Shown here piece after piece: positions 15,101 to 32,472 of a DNA stretch of 64,000 nt. The stretch spans positions 51,314,788 to 51,378,787 of the forward strand of contig CM120640.1 in the NCBI GenBank assembly GCA_051362555.1, in the 5' to 3' direction. Made by a program: the position numbers and the translations under genes. Below the pieces are notes generated by a model. That model worked only from the letters and a program-made list of their open reading frames with translations, had not been told where the DNA came from and made no database searches. This DNA comes from Lingula anatina (lineage: Eukaryota > Animalia > Brachiopoda). Position 1 is the first letter of the stretch. Every line of letters starts with the position of its first letter.

Positions 15101-16362
15101 CAAAATTATTTTCAAGCAAATTCTCAATTTTCAATGAGCAGACCTTTTATTATGACCTGGAGGAAAGAAACTTCTCTTCCTGTCCATGAGACTTATCTTT
15201 AGCCACACACTCACTGATATTACCTAGGGGCAAAACAACCACAAAGAAACCCAGGAAGTGCTCAATAAAATAGTTGACAAATTTGGATTAAACATTGCTA
15301 ATCAAAATGCTGTTAAGTTGTTAAAGCAGCTTGTATTTTTCAACCCCTGCTGGGGCTGTAACCTTTATGGCATTTTCTTTGTATTTCTGAAAGATGTAGA
15401 AAGCGTATGCCAGTATACCACAATTAGTATTATTATTATAATTATTATGCAGTTTTATCAATTTAAAAAGTTATCAATGTTCTAAAGTAAAGGGACCTTT
15501 ATGTAATACTTTAAAATTTTTACCATCTCCAGGCCACAGCACAGCTTTCATTCATGAACTCTGTTTTATTAGCCAATCATTCTTAATGAAAAACATGTTA
15601 AATACACCTATAGGTTCTGCTTGAGAAGACTTGAAATAAATAGAAAAGGAACAGTATTTCCCCTGTTGCATTCCCAGTGTGATCATCCCCTAAAACCAAT
15701 ACACACATTCAAATCAGAAATCAGATCCTTGGATCACTGTAATCAGAATTTAAAACCTTATCCAATTTTCAATAAATTGTTTTAAAAATTGGCAGCACTG
15801 GAACCTCTGTTAAGATATACATCAAATGAAGAACATTTTGCTATGAAGTTATGAAGATATGAAGTACAATTCACATAATGAAAATATAACAATGACTTGA
15901 TCAATCATTTAAATTCTATCTCGAAAAGCATTATATCAAATAAGGTGTTTAATCCTGACATTTCAGATGGGCAATGGGAAAAGGCCTTTAAACCAGTCAT
16001 ACTAGTAAGAGCAAATGTCAAGCTACACCTGAATAACCTTACTCATTTAACATGTTGACAAAAAAGTACTGATTCATCTAACTGCATCCACCCCCTGGCA
16101 CCGTTAACAGTCAACTACACCGCAATAACAAATGCTCTATCTGAGTCAGTGGCAATATCTGTCGTTCAAATTATTCAGAATAATTTACGTGATTTTCTTT
16201 GAATGTTGCCTTTTGACAGTAATAATTACGAAACGGATTTGATTGCAAAATTATGTGCACATATCCTAATTTATTCTTACCTTCACTAACATCGCAATGG
16301 CTTCTATGGTATAAAAGTTTAAGAACCGCCACACAGCATATCCACTTCCATCCCCAGCCCAT
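1..16362 (-). CDS. ADAM-family (disintegrin and metalloproteinase, ADAM12/Meltrin-like) gene, 5' part: signal peptide + prodomain; truncated by left window edge
   Basis: join complement(16281..16362, 6981..7093, 4101..4177, 3364..3439, 1208..1290, <1..103); GT-AG junctions with matching phases 1,0,2,0,2. Translation MGWGWKWICCVAVLKLLYHRSHCDVSEG-NVRNGRQKATEEFSYFEKVVPVIRTRRSARDAVTWAE-NQHLDEVEVVVEAFNKTFTLDLKLNK-NLFGDKFIEKHTTNGKPIVRRYKDH-KNHHCFYHGKIRHEEESLIALSTCDGLS-GLFQDGTEQYYIQPV... carries the Pep_M12B_propep signature HCxYHG...SxxALSTCxGLxG...YYIxP. Subfamily cannot be fixed without the catalytic domain. Confidence 0.88.
1208..1290 (-). CDS. ADAM gene coding exon 5
   Basis: tttcctttcag|KNHHCFYHGKIRHEEESLIALSTCDGL|gtaagg. 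Confidence 0.92.
3364..3439 (-). CDS. ADAM gene coding exon 4
   Basis: tttttcag|NLFGDKFIEKHTTNGKPIVRRYKDH|gtaagt; phases 2/0 fit the neighbouring exons. Confidence 0.85.
4101..4177 (-). CDS. ADAM gene coding exon 3
   Basis: tatttttcag|NQHLDEVEVVVEAFNKTFTLDLKLN|gtaagt; prodomain LDLxLN motif. Confidence 0.87.
6981..7093 (-). CDS. ADAM gene coding exon 2
   Basis: ttttacccag|NVRNGRQKATEEFSYFEKVVPVIRTRRSARDAVTWAE|gtcagt; lies inside ORF 6873..7160. Confidence 0.8.
12546..12739. mobile_element. MITE, PIF/Harbinger-like
   Basis: Perfect ~29-bp TIR ggcttcgttcacatgcaatgtctattttc / gaaaatagacattgcatgtgaacgaagcc flanked by TTA on both sides; internal palindrome taattactggcagcgc...gcgctgccagtaatta. 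Confidence 0.8.
16281..16362 (-). CDS. ADAM gene coding exon 1 (signal peptide)
   Basis: aagATGg start; MGWGWKWICCVAVLKLLYHRSHCDVSE G|gtaaga; phase 1 matches exon 2; adjacent to a CpG-richer promoter zone. Confidence 0.78.
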
Positions 16363-16860
16363 CTTTCAGTGTCTGCCCGACCTGACCCACTTCCTCAAAA
16401 TATATGCAATTTTAAGAGGGCGCGCTTCAAGACAAGGCATATCTATGTCCTAGTTTCTGAAGCTCATCACTTCCTTGTTACATCAGTTGAATTATTAGTT
16501 GTTTTAGATATAAAATCATTTACAATTATAAAAAAGTGCATTGGAATGTGAATTTAACATTTTTTAATGAGCATAGCGTTTGGCTTTTCTTGGTTACTGC
16601 TCCAACCTGTCGAGATAGTAGTGTAGTACAAGGAACTTCTTACAAAAAGAAACGTGTCACTCATTATCATTTCGAGCAGCTTTAAACTTAAAGGACTTTT
16701 CCTTGATGGTGGTGCGAAACCATATTCTTCACATGGTTTATTTCACTGCTAATGTTATCGGAATCAGTTGAGGTATATTATCATTTATTATCAAATAGCC
16801 GATCATGTGTGACGCTGATAACCGAACTTGAAGTTGGAACCCTCTGAAACAGACGACGTT
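16363..16860. promoter_or_regulatory. Putative bidirectional promoter / 5' UTR region shared by ADAM (-) and MFSD13A (+)
   Basis: Lies between divergent first exons; CpG is visibly more frequent than in flanking introns; TSS positions not determinable. Confidence 0.55.
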
Positions 16861-17144
16861 TGGTAAATGAGAGCGAAAATTAACATGAGGAGTGACAATA
16901 ATGGGATATGAGGTATGCACACGAAAGAAAGTGCGACTAGAAAACTGTATGCTATTCTGGATTGCGTATTTCGACTCTATTTCTGGCCATAGTTATCAAC
17001 CGACATTATGATCCTGATTATATTAAATTGATACGATAGTTGCTACTTAAGCTTCTTGTCACGATCGACATACAATTTATGTAATTATTATAATTGGCAC
17101 TCGTAAAGGGGATAGCAACTGGTATTGCTCTCTAGTCTAGGACC

Positions 17145-17172
17145 ATGGAGTCCAAAATTTCTGAAATCAAGA
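17145..17172 (+). CDS. MFSD13A: MFSD13A first coding exon
   Basis: gaccATGg Kozak; [10 protein letters not shown]|gtgagt; phase 1 fits the next exon. Confidence 0.7.
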
Positions 17173-20100
17173 GTGAGTTAAATCACCATATTTAAATTTA
17201 TTTTTCTCTATTAGGTATTGTTGATCACAATTTAATTCTTACATTTTTATCAGATAGTATACACTTTTTACTCCATTGATTCTTGTTTGATGAATATAAC
17301 ATTATTTCAACCAATTTAGACACTGCATACATATTATATTTTATACAAACAAAATTTGAAAATTACTTCTTTTTTCAGACTCAGAAGAAGACAGTTTGAC
17401 AAGGGTGGAACACAAGTCAGATGAAGGAGAAGCAGAAGTGATGCCATATTCTTTGCAAAGTTCTCTGCTGCCTCTGGGCCTTTGTTATGGCTCTCTGGCA
17501 CTATTTACATCTATCCTCCACAATGTTTTCTTGTTGTACCACATAGAAACATTTGTGTCAATTTACAAAATTGACAGGACATCTTTCTGGATTGGAGAAA
17601 CAGTTTTTCTGATCTGGAACTCCTTCAATGATCCTCTCTTTGGATGGATAAGTGATCGCAAATATTTATCACAGAAGGAAGGAAGTCATTGTCCCGACAT
17701 TGTTCTCAGACGCTTGCAGGCTCTCACATGGAATGGACCATTGTTTGGACTATCTTTCATGGTGTTTTGGGTTTCTTGGCACTTTCCTTCACTTCAGTTT
17801 GTCATATGTTTGTGCCTTTATGATGGGTTTCTGACTATGGTGGACTTACACCATTCAGCCCTCTTAGCTGATCTGGCAATATCTGCAGACACCAGAACAA
17901 GACTGAACTCTTATTGCTCAGTTTTCAGTACTTTAGGCTCTTTCTCAGTGTTTATGTCTTACATGATGTGGGACAAGGACACTTTGACATCTTTTCAACT
18001 GTTTTGTGCTGCACTTACAGTATTTTCTATATGTGGGTTCCTGATGAGCACAAGAGTAATGAGAAAAGTATACACCAAAGCTGCCAAACAAGGGGTTTTA
18101 GAAACAGAAAAAGACAGGTACTAGGTTACATTAAATTGACAAACTTTAAATTAAAAAAAATAAAGTAACATGATACTTACATTTAGCATTAGGTTTGGAA
18201 AATAGAATGATAGATTGAATGCCTTTATCATCGTCATAATTTATGGAAGAAAACATTTAAATATTTTTTCCAAATTATGATTAGTATGGCTCAATGTAAT
18301 ATTCTAGTGATGAAGATGAAGAAAATGCAGAATGGAACCAACACACATCAACTATAAAGGACTATGTGACGCAGCTGTCTAAGCATCGGAATTTTATGTG
18401 GTTTTCACTTATGAACTTGATCCAGGTACAGTATGTATACATGCAGGTATATTTTATCATTTTGATTTTTTTCGATTGGAAGTATGATAAGTATTTGTAG
18501 TAAAAAATGTTATAGAATTTTTTGAGGATATTTAAATATATATTTTTTTGTTTCCTTACTTAATTAGCTGGATTGTGCCTGAGTGCACGGTTGCATTCAT
18601 GAATAGATAAAAACATAATGTTTATGATTAATTTGAAAATTTTCCTATTTTAGGTATTTCACTGCCATTTCAACAGCAATTTTTTCCCCATTTTCTTGGA
18701 AAATTTACTTGGTGATGCTATATCTCCTCCTACTGCTTCCATGTTACTTGGTAAGAAGAATTATCCACACACTATCTTTCCTATCTTATGATATTGATTA
18801 ATATCAAATGGTTAATATCAGAAATATAATGAGGATATATTGTACAACAGATTTAATTGATTTGGCAAATGAATTGATCTTTGGTAAGACTTCAAAGTAA
18901 ATTTCAACAGTATTTAACTTACGCAGAAGTTGTTATATCTAAAAATGAATTACATTATGTCAAAAATATTCATGTTAAATATGTTACTGTTTATTGACTT
19001 TTTATATTATAATTTTAAATGTATTTTTAGGTCTGTCATTTGTTGCACCACATATAAATAACCTGTACTTTTTGAGCCTGTGTAGAAAATATGGAGTTTA
19101 CAGAGTTATTCAGCTGCTGTTTGCCATCAAACTTGGTTTGAGTGTGGTCATGTTGGGCCTTGGAAGACACCACATATGGGTACTCTGTGTATACATAGCC
19201 AGGTAAGTGGTATACATTTAGAATCCAAAATTTGTGAAAAGCAACAGTGACTTTTTAGAGAAAATGGAAACTGCCCTTTACAAGTATTGTTTAAAATGAA
19301 TGCATTACCTCACTTGCATTATAAGATCAAAGGGCACAAGCTTAGTGTTCTGAATCTCGCCTTCAGAAAATTAAAAAGAGAAGAAAAAGAACTTGGATAC
19401 AAAGTATTTGCAAATATATTTTGATCATACTGTATTCCTTTTATTGGGGATTAAGGGAGCTTGATTTTATCAATTGTTTGCTGATTGTAGTAACATGAAC
19501 GGATTAATCTACATGGAAAAATAGTCAATTAGGTCTATTTTTAGATTGAAAAGTTTCACTTGACTTGACTCTGTCATTAACATTTTCCTTCCAGTGCAGT
19601 TATTTTGTTCTGTGATTGCATTCTGCATCATAGTCAGTTTCCTGCAATATAGTCAAATTAACCTTTTCCTAATGCTAAAGAAATAAATGGCATAAATAAG
19701 TTATTACTGTAACAGTTGTAATTGACACAAACATTTTAGTGTATAGCTTATAGATATGTGAAAATGTCAGGTGTTCTTTAAAATTTTTTCTTTTATTTTA
19801 AGTAATCGCATATTCACTGAAGGGACCTGTAAGCTGCTGAACCTAGTCATTAGTGATCTGGTTGACGAAGACTTTGTACTACACAACAGAAACCAGGCAG
19901 TGTCAGCTCTCATGTTTGGAACTGCAGCCCTGGTGTCTAAGCCTGGACAGACTTTAGCCCCACTTATTGGAACCTGGCTGTTGTCAGTGCAGACAGGTAA
20001 ACATAGTCCTTATTTGTATTGAACAATAATTTTTATGCTTGGCAACAACTTATGGTTAACTTAGTGTTTCAATTTGGTTTACTTGTAGTTGTACATGTAC

Positions 20101-21136
20101 CTTTGACATGCCTCTAAAACGTTTTTAAAAATTTGCAACTAGCCAGACAGGTTATAAGTCCAGTAGGAAGTAGCTTAAAGATTTAGTATGGTGTTTTTTG
20201 CAAGGGTTAAATTGATGTGAAAATTCCTGAGATCTGTGCAGTCGTTGTGTGATATATTTGGTGAATATTTTGGTAATTATGTCAGCTCATTTTGACACTG
20301 ATGCTGATTATCTAATCTGTTTAACATATATAACTACAATAATACAGGTACTTCTGATAGATGTGTTGACCTTCTTTTATCAAAAAAAAAAAAAATTTAT
20401 CATAAAAATAAAATTGATGCAACCATTAAGTTACTGATATGCTTTGAAACTGGCTTTTATTATCAGTTATTTGTTTATAATGTATTGTAATAATTGTGAA
20501 ATGCAAAGAATTAATGAAAAAAGCAAAGATAAAGGTATAATTAACACATTAAAAAAGATCTTATAAGTCATTTTTATTTTTAGATATCCTGTACAGCTAC
20601 TTATATTTCCCAATTCTTACTTTTAAACTGATAAAACCCCTCATAAAAGAAACATATTTTAATATTTCCTTCAGCAATGTCAGAAAGAATCATGATTAAT
20701 TTAGAACTAAGTTATGGTACACAACCATCAAATTCAACTACAAGAACAGATCAAACAATGATACCTAACTAGCTTTTTTCTACAGTAAAATTAACATTTG
20801 AGTGATAATTCCGTATAGGATACCTTATTTGAGTGATAACCCCATATAGGATCATGCAGTCAGTGACATTTGTGGCATTGCTTGATTTTCCCCATATTTT
20901 CAGGTCATGATATATTCCAGTCTGGTAATGAAGGTGGTTCAATCAAGTTGAACATGAAAACCATGCCTGAACATGAAAAGGAGCTCCAGCGTCAAGGCTG
21001 TTTCACCATACTTGTGTATATCCCTATAGTATGTGCAATACTTCAGCTGCTGGCGTGGTCAAGATTTAAACTGCGTGGAAGACGATTGAGAATGATTAAG
21101 TCCATGAGGGATGGAGTTGAGACACATAAGGTTTAG
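17145..21136 (+). CDS. MFSD13A: MFS domain-containing protein 13A / TMEM180, ~526 aa
   Basis: join(17145..17172, 17379..18117, 18308..18425, 18654..18750, 19031..19202, 19803..19996, 20904..21136) = 1581 nt. Family motifs [117 protein letters not shown]. An upstream, probably mostly non-coding exon ends at 16912 (gag|gtatgc). Confidence 0.93.
17379..18117 (+). CDS. MFSD13A: MFSD13A large coding exon
   Basis: ttttttcag acceptor, ORF 17396..18124, donor cag|gtacta. Confidence 0.93.
18308..18425 (+). CDS. MFSD13A: MFSD13A coding exon
   Basis: [39 protein letters not shown]|gtacag. Confidence 0.88.
18654..18750 (+). CDS. MFSD13A: MFSD13A coding exon
   Basis: [32 protein letters not shown]|gtaaga. 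Confidence 0.93.
19031..19202 (+). CDS. MFSD13A: MFSD13A coding exon
   Basis: [26 protein letters not shown]...VYIA|gtaagt. Confidence 0.93.
19803..19996 (+). CDS. MFSD13A: MFSD13A coding exon
   Basis: [24 protein letters not shown]...VQT|gtaaac. Confidence 0.93.
20796..20852. repeat. 31-bp-period imperfect tandem duplication
   Basis: atttgagtgataattccgtataggat / atttgagtgataaccccatataggat. Confidence 0.8.
20904..21136 (+). CDS. MFSD13A: MFSD13A last coding exon
   Basis: HDIFQSG...[33 protein letters not shown]...HKV*. Confidence 0.92.
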
Positions 21137-21829
21137 CTTACTGCTAAAGTCAATTTTTGGTGCTAAATTCATTTTAACAGGTGTTTCTGTATTTGAAAAT
21201 ATCAAGTGCTTTGGAAGTTATCCAATTTCCATTTATCTATTTCTTGAACTTGGGTCATTCCTTGGGCAATAATTTTGTTGTCATTATAAACAACTTTATT
21301 TATTTATTAGACATCAGATTTTTTTAGGGATAAGTAAAGTCCCATTTGTGTTAATACTCGCCTTCTACTTAAAAGTTCTTGAGTAAAATGTTTATGTTAT
21401 GTTGCCAAAAGAAAAAATCTAGTATAGCTGGAGAGGTGTGACATTCATGGTATTTTAAAATAAAAATGCAGTTAAACACTATATTTTTAATTTATTTTAA
21501 TAACTATTATAATTTCGTTTTTTTTTTTTTTTAATTAATTAGAAGGGTGAGGAAATTTCATTGGTTTATTCTTACAGTGTCAAATATTCAGTTTAATCTC
21601 GCCTTAGACAAGTTTTGATTATAAAATTGATAAAGCTCAGTCTTCAAAATGGTATATCATTTGAAAGCTGAGCTTTTAGCATGATAACAATGTTTTTGTT
21701 GTTTTCATATTTCATGATTTTTACATTTTAACTTTGTTGTCAAATAGTTCGACACTACATGTGAACATATCTTTAAAGATGACCATTTTTTCTTGAGCAG
21801 AGGTATGCATTAGCTTGGTAGTTGGATCA

Positions 21830-21908
21830 TATATAGTAATTATTTAACACAAGCTGAAATATTTTCCATACGGTTAGCTTCTGTCACCATCCAACCATGA
21901 ATAGGGAT

Positions 21909-21946
<38 letters not shown>

Positions 21947-22103
21947 GGTTGCTCTACCTGACATTTATAAGAGGGTCCTGGTTTCTATACCTCCAAGCAG
22001 TCGGTGAGTAATGTCACAGGTCAGTATGAAGGCCTATGTTAAGGTTGGCCGCAAGCTAACGGTAAGGAAAATATTTCAGCTTGTGTTAAATAATAACTAT
22101 ATA
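21830..22103. mobile_element. MITE with ~50-bp imperfect TIRs and an internal poly-G tract
   Basis: atatagtaattatttaacacaagctgaaatattttccatacggttagctt / aagctaacggtaaggaaaatatttcagcttgtgttaaataataactatat; G36 at 21910..21945. Confidence 0.75.
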
Positions 22104-22683
22104 AGATATGTAATCCTCGTTAATGTGTAACATTACATTTTTTTAAGCCAAAAGGTTAACTGAAACACAAGCCAATAACTAAAATTTGAGGGTTTTTCAT
22201 CTCTTTAAGTTTTAATAAGTAATAATCTTTTCTTGATATGAAATGGATAAAAATAGAATCTAGATCAAACTTCAGTTTCTGTAAGGAAAGCCATGAGTGA
22301 TCTCCTGGTTGCCTTCTCAGAAGAACCCATTATAGTCTAGAAATGTTGAAATACAACAAATTACCACTTAATTTTCTATGTGGGAGTAATGTAATATTGA
22401 ATTTTACAAAGCACAGTCATACATGTATATTATTGATGATCCCACATTTCAAGTGCCATTTTGGAGATGGAAAATTTTCTCAGAGCACTACCCCATTGGT
22501 TGCCTCATTCACAAAAAGTGCATCTTTATTGGATTGACATGGAATATGTTTAATGTACCATGGGTGTAATTTTGTCTTATAGTTTGTTTGTGATTTTTGT
22601 GCCAAGACATCAATTTGAAAGTGGTCGAAATAATGAATTGAAATAAATCGAGTAAATCTATAATATATTGAAACTTAAGTACA

Positions 22684-22738
22684 GATATATATCTATATAT
22701 ATCTATATATATATATCTATATATATATATATATATAT
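22684..22738. repeat. Imperfect (TA)n microsatellite
   Basis: Direct reading. Confidence 0.85.
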
Positions 22739-22971
22739 TTCCTGTCAGTTGTATTGTAAAATGTAAACTGTAAAAGTCAAAATATTGGGGACCAATTGTG
22801 CTCTATCTGTGACCAGATTTCAAAGCTGTGATAAACATTGCCCTAAAAAATGGCTCATGCTACTGCTCTCTAATATCACATGTGGGCCTTGTTTACTTTC
22901 AGATCTATATAAAATGTTGCAATAATTAGCTGGAAATATTTATCTAGAAAAGTGTAGTTCTAAGTTGAATT

Positions 22972-23172
22972 GGGCTCTGTTCACAACCAAATTGAGCCAC
23001 AGCTCAAGTATGACGTGCACTTGAAAGCATTCCACGTAATCTACTACCAGATTCCTGGCCTCCCACATGCTGCGTCCCTGCAGGCATTAAGTGGTATGCC
23101 TTCAAGTGGGTCTCGCCATATTTGGGCCATGGCTTATTTAGGCCCCGCTCAACTCGGTTGTGAAAAGAGGCT
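22972..23172. mobile_element. Degenerate fold-back MITE (Harbinger-like)
   Basis: ggctctgttcacaaccaaattgagc vs gctcaactcggttgtgaaaagaggc; inner inverted pair cacttgaaagcattccac / gtggtatgccttcaagtg. Confidence 0.6.
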
Positions 23173-23698
23173 TAGATTTATCAATCATGCAAGTAAGGTA
23201 TTTATTCAGAAGTCAAAAATTGTTGTATAATGTTTATGCATCTATAAGAGATATATTAAGTGCAACTGCTGTTAATGTGAGAACTACATTTATTCACATT
23301 AATTTTGAAAAGTAAAATAATGACTTTGTACAATAAAATATACATTAGAGAAATAAAAGTCACTTACAAAGTAAAAATTTCATGAAAAGATATAAATCAT
23401 AATGTTAGCCCTGTACTGTTTGAAGGGTTATAACTTGATGTTATACATGGTCCAATACCTAGTCTTGATGAAATAAAAACGTATTCAGTTTATTTGTGAT
23501 AAATTTGTGTAGCATTTGTTTAAATGGCCGGTGTCGGGCTCTCATTTGCTGTCATCCAAAATGGATCTTATTGCTTTCGTATGCATGTGACACAATACAC
23601 AATTTCACATGATTTAAATAGTTAAATTTACAGTATTCATGACACAAGTGAAAGTTTTCTCTGGCTATTTTTTTCAGTCCGTGTCGAAAATACATATA

Positions 23699-27912
<4,214 letters not shown>

Positions 27913-28411
27913 TTTGTCCCTGGTCACTTTAATATCTTGATTTCCTTCGGATTTCGTGTGGAACTTTTAAAATGTGCTTCTCCACGGCAAAATGTGCACT
28001 TGCTCTGTTCTGTTGTCAATAGCGACTTAATGTAAATACACAAGACTCGCGCAAACGTATTATTATGGGTAACCATTGGCTGGAGGTGATGCATGAGTAT
28101 CACAAAGTCATGTAATCTTTGTAGATTATTACCTTAATATATATAGCATTTTGGGTAGTTTCATATACACCTCATAAAATAAAATACTTTATATTACATA
28201 TTTTAAATTCATACCGTTTCTAGAAACAAATAACGCTAAAGCCGAATCTATCTTATTTAGCACAGTACGGTTCGTCATGATTATCGCCCAAAATTTCCGG
28301 CTGCTGACGTCAGAAGATTTGCGACGGCCATATTGGACGTGTTTGGATAAGTATCTGTTATTTTTCCCCTTTAGTTTAGAGACTCATTTGCAACGTCTGT
28401 GATTATATGCA
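27913..28411. promoter_or_regulatory. Bidirectional promoter between CFAP161 (-) and GOLPH3 (+)
   Basis: Start codons 500 bp apart; CpG-richer. Perfect CRE TGACGTCA 28305..28312; YY1-like GCCATATT 28327..28334; X-box-like GTTGTCAATAGCGAC 28012..28026 and GTTTCTAGAAAC 28216..28227; forkhead GTAAATA 28032..28038. Confidence 0.65.
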
Positions 28412-30028
<1,617 letters not shown>

Positions 30029-32440
30029 ACTTTTAACAGTCATACTTGTCAGGGTGCCTGTCTATTGTGGAGAGACCAAAGGGATATAACATAAGACAAA
30101 TATATAATGCTTGGGATTTTCTTTAGTACGACAAAAGGAGTTCATGTGGTGTTTGTCAATACTATATGTTTGTTTATGCCAGTGAGGGGTACACTGAGTA
30201 ATGGACTATTTTATGTTTTGGTGAGGATGTCACTGCTGGACAGAATGATAGCTACAGAATTTATCTTATCCTTATAAATGTGTGGAGGTATCCAGCTATC
30301 TGACCAGTTATTCTTTACGATATGGGATTTTATTCTCTGTCAGTCAGACTGACTTACATTAATATATACAGGCGATAAATTTCACCTTTGTCAATTTTAT
30401 TTCTTTCATTGGGAATAAGTATTCATACTACATTTAGTATAGCACTAGACCGAAGATTTAATATTTTGTTTTCTGAAGATGTAAACCTTAATTCTACGAC
30501 AAGATGGTGGTATTTTTAGCAATTGTTTATACATATTATTTCTTTTATAGTTGATGTAAACTTGTAAATGGGTCTCTTTCTTCTACTGAATTACATCATT
30601 ACTTTTCTAATGTTTCAAGTTTAACCAGAATGCAATTTGTCCGTGTTTAGTAGCTTCATTATGAACCATGTAAGTGTGGCATTGACATGTCACCTCAAGT
30701 AATTAAAACATTCCTTGTTAAAATGCTCTAAATTGTTCGCAAATAAACTTCCCAGTGAATCTATTTGATTTACTGTCTGAATTGTGTAGATTAACAACCA
30801 AGAGGTGTCCAGCTGAAGTGTGATTAAATGTGCCTGTGGTTAATGTTTTGGATGCATTTAATATGGAAAGCAAGAACAAAATTTGATGCATGTTTCTTAT
30901 TTAGCTGAGTGCATCTCAGTTTCCACTGTTTTATCATTTATTCAAACTGCATTTGTTTTATGCTAAATTAAAAAGATTTATATGAGCCAGAATATCAAGC
31001 GAAGATAAATGATGATTTTGTAGCTAAAGTTGGTGCAATTCTGGACTAGTTTAAAAGAAAATTCGATTTGTTAATATGCAGATTCTGTGTAGTAATGTAT
31101 GACAGAGGAGAGTCACACATTACAATATAGTGGACATACAAAGTGATGTTCTTTTTGTAAATAGCCATGGCTTATACATATTGGGGAAATAAAGATGGGT
31201 TTTACAGGGTACCATGTGTTTATGTGATAAAATCGAGCATAATTTTAGGCCTAAAACTGAATTAGATGACGAGGGATATGTAAATCGTCCTTACTACTAG
31301 ATTAGCAATGGACATTAATGCAGGAAGTTGCATCACCCCATTCAAAACAAAGTTTTTCCTTTATGAATATCCCATAATTTCTATCAGTTCTTATATGGTG
31401 ACCATTATTCACAAAGTTCAGTGCTGCTCTAATAGGGAACTTTTGGCTGGAATGTATATTTATTATAATTTCTTTTATTATTATTTTGATGAAATCATAT
31501 AGATCATCTAACCACCTGTTTTTGTCTACATCATCCTTGGGGGAAAGTCATGTTACAAGGAAAACTAAACTGGAAACTTGTGCCTTTACACATCTTTACG
31601 TAACAAGTTTGGGTAAAGATTTGAATTTTGGACCTGGTTTCATAAATCCATCTGAAGCCAGTTGTTTCTTGTCTATAGATTTAGCTGAACCTGGTCACAT
31701 GCAATCTGTTCCTAATAACTAGAATTTCTACAGCCTTATCTCTGTTTACCATTTTTGCTGGAATTTCTTACTGACAGATCCTTTGCTCATCTCTTGTTTG
31801 CATGCTTGATAGAAGCAGTTGGATAATGATGGGTTAACCTTTACCTGGACGATGAATTGTAATGGTCATGAGCCTTCATTTAATTTAGTGGGCTCATGAG
31901 GGCGGAAGTAAAAAGACTAAGGCTTGCAAGGTATATTTGGTAGTTTATTGTTACAATAGCAATCATGGGAAATAAAACAATTTCAGTCCCTAGTTGTCTT
32001 TACCTGTGTAATTTGGCATCATACTCATAATTTTTCATTGCAGATGGGAACTGAGTTCATTGTTATGTGTGATAAGAACCTTGTGAACAAACATTCAAGT
32101 CAAATTTGAAAACCAGCTCATTGACCATCAAACTTTGACTTAAAGCCAATTTTTTTTCTTTAGAAGCATGTTGCTTACCATGGTAATATACCCCACATTA
32201 AAATAGTTCAAGTATGATTAACATATTATGTGGATCTAGGGGTGGCTTGACATGTAATTATAAATCTACTGTTACCAGGCACAAGGTGTTTCAGAACCTT
32301 CTTCATTTTAGGGATCCAGCCTTGAATAGAATGGGAACAGGACACAGGCCAACTCTAAAAGATCATTTTGACATGAGAGAAAATATTACTTGTCAACTTC
32401 TTTTTGCCATCATTGAGAACCATGTCAAAACAGTACCCTC

Positions 32441-32472
<32 letters not shown>

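Noticed and set aside
28351-28374. gt...tttttcccctttag mini-intron in the GOLPH3 5' UTR
   Set aside because: Only 24 nt, too short for a spliceosomal intron here.
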